Source: a virus
Taxonomy: Duplodnaviria > Caudoviricetes
Direction: 5' to 3' (one strand)
DNA length: 64,000 nucleotides
Virus record (IMG/VR): IMGVR_UViG_3300032050_000028
Coordinates: 58,304-122,303 of that record
The translations under genes were made by a program, and so were the position numbers. Under the pieces are notes generated by a model. It ran no database searches, was not told the DNA's origin, and worked only from the letters and a program-made list of their open reading frames with translations. Numbering within the stretch: position 1 is the first letter of the stretch; each line of letters starts with the position of its first letter. Below are positions 58,306 to 64,000 of this stretch, piece after piece.

Positions 58306-58845
58306 ATGGCAAATTATTGTGATACGAAAGTGAGAATCTTAGGTGAACCTGAAGACTTACAAAGATTATTTAATAAAATTGGTGAAACTACCAATTTTAG
58401 TTCAGAAACTTATCAAGATTTATTTGAATCAGTTGATGATGTTGAAGATTGGGGCTCTAAATGGCAAGTGATGTATCCTGATTATTCCGGAGATACTATG
58501 TTGTTTATAACTGGAGAATCTGCTTGGTCACCTGCTGATGGACTTTGGAAAAAAATATCAAAAGATTATAATGCTCATATTGTTTTAGAATATTCTGAAC
58601 CTGGTATGGGATTTGCTGGTGTTACAACCTGGGAAAATGGTCAAGAAATAGATAGACAAGAAATGTCTTATTGGCAATTCATCTATGAAACCGACACTGA
58701 GTATTTTTGGGATGAAATAGGATATAAGTGTGAATGTTTTACCTTAGAGGAGGTCATTGAAGATTTAGGTGAAATCTACGAAGATATGGATGAATCTGAA
58801 AAAGAAAGAATTGTTGAAATTCACAAAAATAATTATGTAGATTAA
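58306..58845 (+). CDS. YubB/DUF1281-like ferredoxin-fold protein
   Basis: MANYC, WGSKW, SAWSP, YSEPGMGFAG. Confidence 0.7.
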   Translation: MANYCDTKVRILGEPEDLQRLFNKIGETTNFSSETYQDLFESVDDVEDWGSKWQVMYPDYSGDTMLFITGESAWSPADGLWKKISKDYNAHIVLEYSEPGMGFAGVTTWENGQEIDRQEMSYWQFIYETDTEYFWDEIGYKCECFTLEEVIEDLGEIYEDMDESEKERIVEIHKNNYVD

Positions 58846-58849
58846 AAAT

Positions 58850-58875
58850 AAAACCGAGTAAATCTCGGTTTTTTT
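58850..58875 (+). terminator. intrinsic terminator
   Basis: aaaaccgag-taaat-ctcggttttttt. Confidence 0.85.
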
Positions 58876-58922
58876 ATTTTGATAATTTAAAATTTTATAC
58901 TATATTTGTATAAATAATCACT

Positions 58923-59378
58923 ATGAAAGGACATAAAATAACTAAAACTAAAGAAGCTCTTAAATTCATATTTGCGGGTAAGTCAGTAGTAACATTTGTT
59001 AATACACAGACTGGTAATAGATTTACATATAAAGTAAAACAAGCTAAAGATTCAAATTTATTTTTTGTTAGTGTTTTGACTAATCCAGATCAATATACTT
59101 ATATTGGTACTTGTACCGATGGTAATTATAAACATGGAAAAAAATCAAATATAAATTCACAATCTCAATCTGTTAGAGTTTTTGAGTATATGATTAAAAG
59201 ATTACTTACCGATACTTTACCAGATTTCTTGGAGGTTTGGCACGAAGGTTTTTGTGGAAAATGTGGCAGAAGATTGACAGTACCATCTTCAATTCTTACA
59301 GGGATTGGTCCAGATTGTATTAAAAAACTTTCAAAATCAGATAAAAGAGATAAATTCCTAGAATTAATTTTAGCTTAA
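58923..59378 (+). CDS. DUF6011-like zinc-binding protein
   Basis: CGKCGRRLTVPSSI..GIGPDC; ends KRDKFLELILA; TATATTTG upstream. Confidence 0.7.
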   Translation: MKGHKITKTKEALKFIFAGKSVVTFVNTQTGNRFTYKVKQAKDSNLFFVSVLTNPDQYTYIGTCTDGNYKHGKKSNINSQSQSVRVFEYMIKRLLTDTLPDFLEVWHEGFCGKCGRRLTVPSSILTGIGPDCIKKLSKSDKRDKFLELILA

Positions 59379-59848
59379 TGTTTTTAATTATCTTTAGTTT
59401 ATTTCCTTTATTGTTGATTCCGATAACTATGATTCTCACGGCAAAAAGAAAGTCATTATCTTGGGAAATAAAAAAAGGCAAAATTTGTTATAATTGTAAA
59501 GATAATTTAAATCTTTCGGATAAAGACTTAATGAGTAGAATCATGGTTGATACAGACCGTAGTAAACTTTGTACTTCTTGTTCAAGAGATATGAAGATAA
59601 ATTCAATTAGAAATCCTTTAATCTCACTTAAATATAAATTTCAAAAATACTTAGCATCAAAAAAATCAGATAATTTAATTTGGTATTTCAGCATAGCGGC
59701 CTTCTTTTTTATTGTTTTGGATATTTTACTTGTATTTTTTGGTATAAAATTACACCTATCTTGGACATATAGCTCAATAAATATAATTTTTTGGTCTTTA
59801 AGTATTTATAAGATTCTATACACAACAACAAAAAAGACCTCAGAATAA
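59378..59848 (+). CDS. membrane protein with CxxC...CxxC zinc ribbon
   Basis: N-terminal TM, CYNC...CTSC, two C-terminal TMs. Confidence 0.7.
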   Translation: MFLIIFSLFPLLLIPITMILTAKRKSLSWEIKKGKICYNCKDNLNLSDKDLMSRIMVDTDRSKLCTSCSRDMKINSIRNPLISLKYKFQKYLASKKSDNLIWYFSIAAFFFIVLDILLVFFGIKLHLSWTYSSINIIFWSLSIYKILYTTTKKTSE

Positions 59849-59861
59849 TCTGAGGTCTTTT
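59830..59861. terminator. bidirectional intrinsic terminator
   Basis: aaaagacctcaga-ataa-tctgaggtctttt. Confidence 0.85.
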
Positions 59862-59896
59862 CTTAGGGTTCGAATTTCTCCGACTTATCCACCACC

Positions 59897-60115
59897 TTAT
59901 TTTTCTAAATAAGGAAACTTCTTTTTCTCAATATAATCAATTATACCTCGAACAAATAATTCTTTTATAACAGATTCACAAGTATAAGTCTTATCAAAAT
60001 AGAATTCAATGTTTTCTCTAACATTATCTATTCCTACTTTATATAGAGTTTCTATTGGAAAGTTTTCTATTTCAACATTTCTCTCTAATAATAATTCTTT
60101 AATCTTGTGTTTCAT
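59897..60115 (-). CDS. hypothetical protein
   Basis: 72-aa ORF. Confidence 0.65.
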   Translation of the reverse strand: MKHKIKELLLERNVEIENFPIETLYKVGIDNVRENIEFYFDKTYTCESVIKELFVRGIIDYIEKKKFPYLEK

Positions 60116-60123
60116 TAATCAAA

Positions 60124-60294
60124 TTATTTTTTTGCTTCTTCAACAGATGCGTTTCTATAAGGTGTAACCAATTTCTTGATCTCACCTAAAGCTTTACGCG
60201 CTCTTGTATCAGAAACTTTAGTTGTTGCTGCGTGGTTTGCTTCAAATTCAGCCCACAACGCTTTCAATTGCTCATAAACTTCTTGTTTTGTCAT
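60124..60294 (-). CDS. histone H1-like (Hc1-type) small basic protein, 56 aa
   Basis: read by hand: MTKQEVYEQLKALWAEFEANHAATTKVSDTRARKALGEIKKLVTPYRNASVEEAKK; TRARK...K....R..S signature. Confidence 0.75.
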   Translation of the reverse strand: MTKQEVYEQLKALWAEFEANHAATTKVSDTRARKALGEIKKLVTPYRNASVEEAKK

Positions 60295-60334
60295 TTCTGC
60301 TTTTTATTTTTTATAACCCTTATTTGGGTTTAGT

Positions 60335-61564
60335 TTATCCAAAAATATCGTCAGCATCTGCTGCGTCTGTGAATCCATTTGTATCATCTTCTTCATCACC
60401 CATAACATCACTGAATTGTTTTTCAACTTCTTCAATTTCATCTAATGACTTAAATCTAAAATAGTCATTTACAATTGGTGCCATTTTTCCCAATACCTCT
60501 TGTGTAAATACTTCAGATGTAAATAATTGTTTTGTTGTAACTGATTTACCTAAGTGTGAGATAAACCATCTATTACCACCCGGTACAAATTTAATCTCAC
60601 CTGTTGACTTATCAACTTCTTCTTTGCCTTTTGCAATACCAATTTGATCAAAGTATTCAGGTCTACAAAAAGCATCTAAACCTGTGTAAGGATTCATACC
60701 GTGAGCGAATGAAATATCGAATCTAATTTTCTTTGGTTTAGCCATACGATTTTTAGCAGTCTTGAATAGAACAGAGATACCAGATTGACCTAAGTCCATA
60801 TCATCCTCTTCGCCTGTTTTTAATTTAGACTTAGACATAAATCCAATAACTGAAGCCGAGTATAATAGACCATTACCTCCTTTGAGGCGCTCTTGTGGGA
60901 ATAAATCCATTGTTAAGTAAGTGTGGTTACAAACAATCATAGGAATGTCTAAGTAACCTAAATCCGTATTGATTGAACGGAACATAGAACCTAATGCTTT
61001 TGCTTTAGTCATATCTTGTTTGATATCACCTTTTAATAAATCTGCTTTTTCTTTGTTAGAAGCCATTTGACCTAATGAGTCAAGAACAATCATTAATTTA
61101 GGTAATTCAAATCCACCCATTTTTTGTTCTTTTAATTCATCAACTAATTGAGTTAATAAGATGTTAACATCCTCAACTTTGTTAGATCTAATTAATCTAA
61201 ACTTTTCTAATGAATTATCAATTCCGAATTTTGGTAAATCTTCTAAATCAATTGCTTGTTCTGTATCAATGTAGATAACTGAATATCCAGCTTTCTGTGC
61301 GTGTTTTGAAACAGAATAAGCGATAAATGATTTACCTGCTCCAGATTCACCAGCGAATGCTGTAATTCTGTTTGAAGCTATACCTCCACCGATTAGTTTA
61401 CCTGAAAGAGCCGCGTCTAACAAATAAACTCCAGTTGTAATGAATTGTTTTTCTTTAATTTCCTTTTCAATTTGAATCGGAACTGATTTTGCGATGTTAT
61501 CCAAAATTGAACCAATCTTAGAAAACTCGAACTTCTTTCCTTCTTTTGCTGATTGTTTTGCCAT
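60335..61564 (-). CDS. uvsX: RecA/UvsX recombinase
   Basis: AGESGAGKS, YIDTE, IVLDSLG, NHTY, GGNG..YSAS, KNR. Confidence 0.92.
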   Translation of the reverse strand: MAKQSAKEGKKFEFSKIGSILDNIAKSVPIQIEKEIKEKQFITTGVYLLDAALSGKLIGGGIASNRITAFAGESGAGKSFIAYSVSKHAQKAGYSVIYIDTEQAIDLEDLPKFGIDNSLEKFRLIRSNKVEDVNILLTQLVDELKEQKMGGFELPKLMIVLDSLGQMASNKEKADLLKGDIKQDMTKAKALGSMFRSINTDLGYLDIPMIVCNHTYLTMDLFPQERLKGGNGLLYSASVIGFMSKSKLKTGEEDDMDLGQSGISVLFKTAKNRMAKPKKIRFDISFAHGMNPYTGLDAFCRPEYFDQIGIAKGKEEVDKSTGEIKFVPGGNRWFISHLGKSVTTKQLFTSEVFTQEVLGKMAPIVNDYFRFKSLDEIEEVEKQFSDVMGDEEDDTNGFTDAADADDIFG

Positions 61565-61671
61565 TTTAATTAATTTTTATTTTATAGTTTATATATTAGA
61601 AAACTCACTCCTCCTTTCAAGAAAAATTAAAAAAATGTTGAAATAGGGTAAGGATTTTTTATATATAGTAT

Positions 61672-62352
61672 ATGAGAAGATTGGAATTTTTAGAAAAAGC
61701 TAGAAATATACACGGATATAAATACATTTATTTAAATTTATCAGAAAGAGTTACTTTAAATGATAAAATTGAAATTGAATATAAAGGTGATGTGTATACA
61801 CAGAAAATTTCTAAGCATTTAATGGGTAGATGTCCTGAAAAAAGTATAAAAAGGAAAACTACTGAAGGATTTATTATGGAGTCAAAACAAATTTGGGGAG
61901 ATAAGTATGATTATTCGCTTACTGAATATACTGGTGCTTTAAATAATATTAAAATTATTTATAATGGTATTATTTATGAGCAAAGAGCTAGCTCTCACTT
62001 ATTAGGATTATCTCCTGAATTTAGAAATAATGAAGAAAGTTTGCTAAGAGATAAGGTTTATCAATCAGATATTATGGGTATAAAAGAAATAAAAGAATTC
62101 TTAAGTAAATATAAAATTGACTATGAAGAAAATAAAAATTTAGACAATATTATATTTCAATTTTATATATCAAATAAAAGAACGGTAATCGAATATTTAG
62201 GTAAAGATCATAATCTTGTAAAAATCTTAGATGAATTAAAAGAGGATTATTGTGAAGATAATTACATCAATCTAATAAGAATTCGATATGATCAAATTGA
62301 TGATATTTACAGAATATTATATGAAAATTTAAAGAATTTTATAAAAAAATAA
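61672..62352 (+). CDS. homing-endonuclease-like protein (DUF723-type repeats + PD-(D/E)xK/Vsr-like domain), possibly degenerate
   Basis: FLEKARNIHG.KY.Y and FI..SK..WGDKYDYS repeats; IEY.G..H...K..YC..N.I.LIRI.Y. Confidence 0.55.
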   Translation: MRRLEFLEKARNIHGYKYIYLNLSERVTLNDKIEIEYKGDVYTQKISKHLMGRCPEKSIKRKTTEGFIMESKQIWGDKYDYSLTEYTGALNNIKIIYNGIIYEQRASSHLLGLSPEFRNNEESLLRDKVYQSDIMGIKEIKEFLSKYKIDYEENKNLDNIIFQFYISNKRTVIEYLGKDHNLVKILDELKEDYCEDNYINLIRIRYDQIDDIYRILYENLKNFIKK

Positions 62353-62883
62353 TTATTCAACTTTACCTGGTATTTCCAAATACTGGTCTAATATCTCTTT
62401 AGTTTGCATATCGTTCTCATCAAAAAGAACTTCTCCATTTTTAAGAGTAATTTTATTATCTGTGATGAGTTTTTGAAGAGCTGATTCACTTGAAAATAAA
62501 TTCATTTCATCTTCTGAAACAGATACTCTCTTATTATGTGATTCTGAGATAAATGTTGAAAATCTTTCAACTTTCATGCCTTCTTCATCTTTTTCTGGAT
62601 TAGCTTCTAAAATTCTGATTAAGCCTTCTAATTCATTAATATCAAAAAAGTCTTTTAGATTAACTTTAGTTCCTTCTAACTCTTCACCAGCAATTTCTGC
62701 AGCTTTAACTAAAAATTCTTGAACCTGTGGATCATCACATTTATCATGTAAATCCATAATAGCTCCACCGTTTAGTGTAGAAGTAATACTTTTACCACTT
62801 TTAGTGCAACTAAGAATCTTTTTAAGAGCATCTACTACCTCTTTATTATCGTCAAAACTTTCAAATAACATTAAATATTTCAT
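62353..62883 (-). CDS. hypothetical protein with capsid-targeting-like N-terminus
   Basis: MKYLMLFESF; internal MKVERFSTFISE. Confidence 0.7.
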   Translation of the reverse strand: MKYLMLFESFDDNKEVVDALKKILSCTKSGKSITSTLNGGAIMDLHDKCDDPQVQEFLVKAAEIAGEELEGTKVNLKDFFDINELEGLIRILEANPEKDEEGMKVERFSTFISESHNKRVSVSEDEMNLFSSESALQKLITDNKITLKNGEVLFDENDMQTKEILDQYLEIPGKVE

Positions 62884-62914
62884 AACTTATATATTAAATA
62901 TAAAACTCAATTTT

Positions 62915-63787
62915 TTAGAAACAAGAAAGGTATCTTTCTCCTCTATCACAAAGAATAGTTATGATGTTACCGGTCATTTCTGGGTATTTTTCTAATAGTA
63001 TTTCAGAGGCTAAAATATTTGCACCTGATGATATTCCAACAAAAAGACCTTGTTCTTTTGCAAGTCTTTTTGCCCTTTTAATAGCGTCTTCTGTTGATAT
63101 AACAATGATATCATTAACTTCATCTAAATTAACTAAGAATTTAGAGCCATCACCTATTCCTTGAATTCCGTGTAATCCGGGTTCTCCACCTGACATTACT
63201 GGTGATTCAGCTGGTTCAACAGCTACGACTTTCATATCTGGGTGATACATCTTTAAAAGTCGAGAAGTTCCCATAAGAGTTCCACCTGTTCCAGTTCCAT
63301 CGACAAATGCTGCTATTACATTGTTGTGTTGATGTAAAATTTCAACACCTGTTCCATTATAATGTGCTTCAATATTTAATGGATTGTGAAATTGATTTGG
63401 ATTAAACCAACCGTTTTCTAAAGCTAATTCGTTTCTTAATTTGATAGCGTCGTCAAATTTTCCATCTTCCACTTCTATTAACTCAGCACCATAGTATCTT
63501 AACATTTGTTTTCTTTCTTCAGACATATTACTTGGCATTACTATGACACATTTATACCCTCTTTCTGCAGCTAAAAAAGCAAATGCTATTCCTGAGTTTC
63601 CTGAAGTCGCCTCTATGATAGTATCTCCTTTTTTTATTAGTCCTCTTTTTTCAGCATCGTTGATTATATAGGATGCCATTCTATCTTTGATTGAGCCTGA
63701 TGGATTTTGACCTTCAAATTTTGCAAAGATTCTGTCTGAGATTTTAAGAAGTGGAGTTTTACCAACTTCAGAGGATAGTTTTTCCAT
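62915..63787 (-). CDS. cysK: PLP-dependent cysteine synthase
   Basis: GKTPL, NPSGSIKDR, EATSGNSG, GTGGT, HGIQGIG, GISSGA, DRGERYLS. Confidence 0.93.
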   Translation of the reverse strand: MEKLSSEVGKTPLLKISDRIFAKFEGQNPSGSIKDRMASYIINDAEKRGLIKKGDTIIEATSGNSGIAFAFLAAERGYKCVIVMPSNMSEERKQMLRYYGAELIEVEDGKFDDAIKLRNELALENGWFNPNQFHNPLNIEAHYNGTGVEILHQHNNVIAAFVDGTGTGGTLMGTSRLLKMYHPDMKVVAVEPAESPVMSGGEPGLHGIQGIGDGSKFLVNLDEVNDIIVISTEDAIKRAKRLAKEQGLFVGISSGANILASEILLEKYPEMTGNIITILCDRGERYLSCF

Positions 63788-63860
63788 TAAAAAGAGATAA
63801 TTTTTATGTTTTATATATTGATATAATTGAAGTTTATAAAAATTTTATTATATTTGCAAT

Positions 63861-64000
63861 ATGAATATTTGGATAACATCAGACACTCATTACGGACACA
63901 CAAACATAGCCGGTCCTAATGTATCTCGTTGGCAAAGAGGCTACCGAGATTTTGGTAGTGTTTGGGAAATGAACCAGGCATTGGTAGAAGGTATCAACCG
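63861..64000 (+). CDS. calcineurin-like metallophosphoesterase, 5' part (truncated by the window edge)
   Basis: MNIWITSDTHYGHTNI...RDF.SV.EMN..L; TATATTTG-N4-ATG. Confidence 0.8.
   Translation, partial: MNIWITSDTHYGHTNIAGPNVSRWQRGYRDFGSVWEMNQALVEGIN

Noticed and set aside
59862-59896. GGTTCGAAT...CCACCA looks like a tRNA 3' half
   Set aside because: The T-stem pairs poorly, the spacing to CCA is wrong and there is no D or anticodon arm; at most a small GAAA hairpin on the minus strand
1-64000. Stop-codon reassignment, as seen in some large phages
   Set aside because: Conserved genes are full-length in code 11, and TAA, TAG and TGA all end genes at sensible positions
1-64000. Eukaryotic giant-virus or cellular origin, suggested by the NEIL1-like and RRM1-like genes
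   Set aside because: T4-type UvsX, gp41, gp23-like segments, intrinsic terminators, overlapping operons and bacterial promoters indicate a bacteriophage; no ribosomal or core cellular genes are present

Overview
AT-rich, gene-dense 64-kb segment of a very large T4-like (myovirus-type jumbo/huge) phage genome read in the standard code. The host is probably a member of Bacteroidota, judged from TAnnTTTG promoters, no Shine-Dalgarno sites and an Hc1-type histone-like gene. It encodes replication, repair and nucleotide genes (gp41-like helicase, UvsX, N-terminal half of a split family-B polymerase, a small PolA-palm protein, DinG helicase, RuvC-like resolvase, NEIL1-like glycosylase, ThyA, NrdA, DNA methylase), a five-gene glycan-modification cluster, tail and tape-measure-like genes, CysK and many orphans. 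The most unusual observations are four. (1) A set of mini-genes look like separate pieces of a T4 gp23-type major capsid protein, each fused to a short basic R-x-x-K-I-x-x-I tag; three are in tandem and in capsid-gene order at 53982-54586. (2) A Ro60/TROVE gene is preceded by two tandem structured ncRNAs with the same architecture (Y-RNA candidates). (3) About 17 unrelated proteins start with a T4 internal-protein-like capsid-targeting peptide, several of them with transmembrane hairpins. (4) There are three promoter classes, two of which sit 4 nt before the ATG, implying largely leaderless mRNAs. All homology calls come from motif recognition by eye and sequences recalled from memory; no searches were run.
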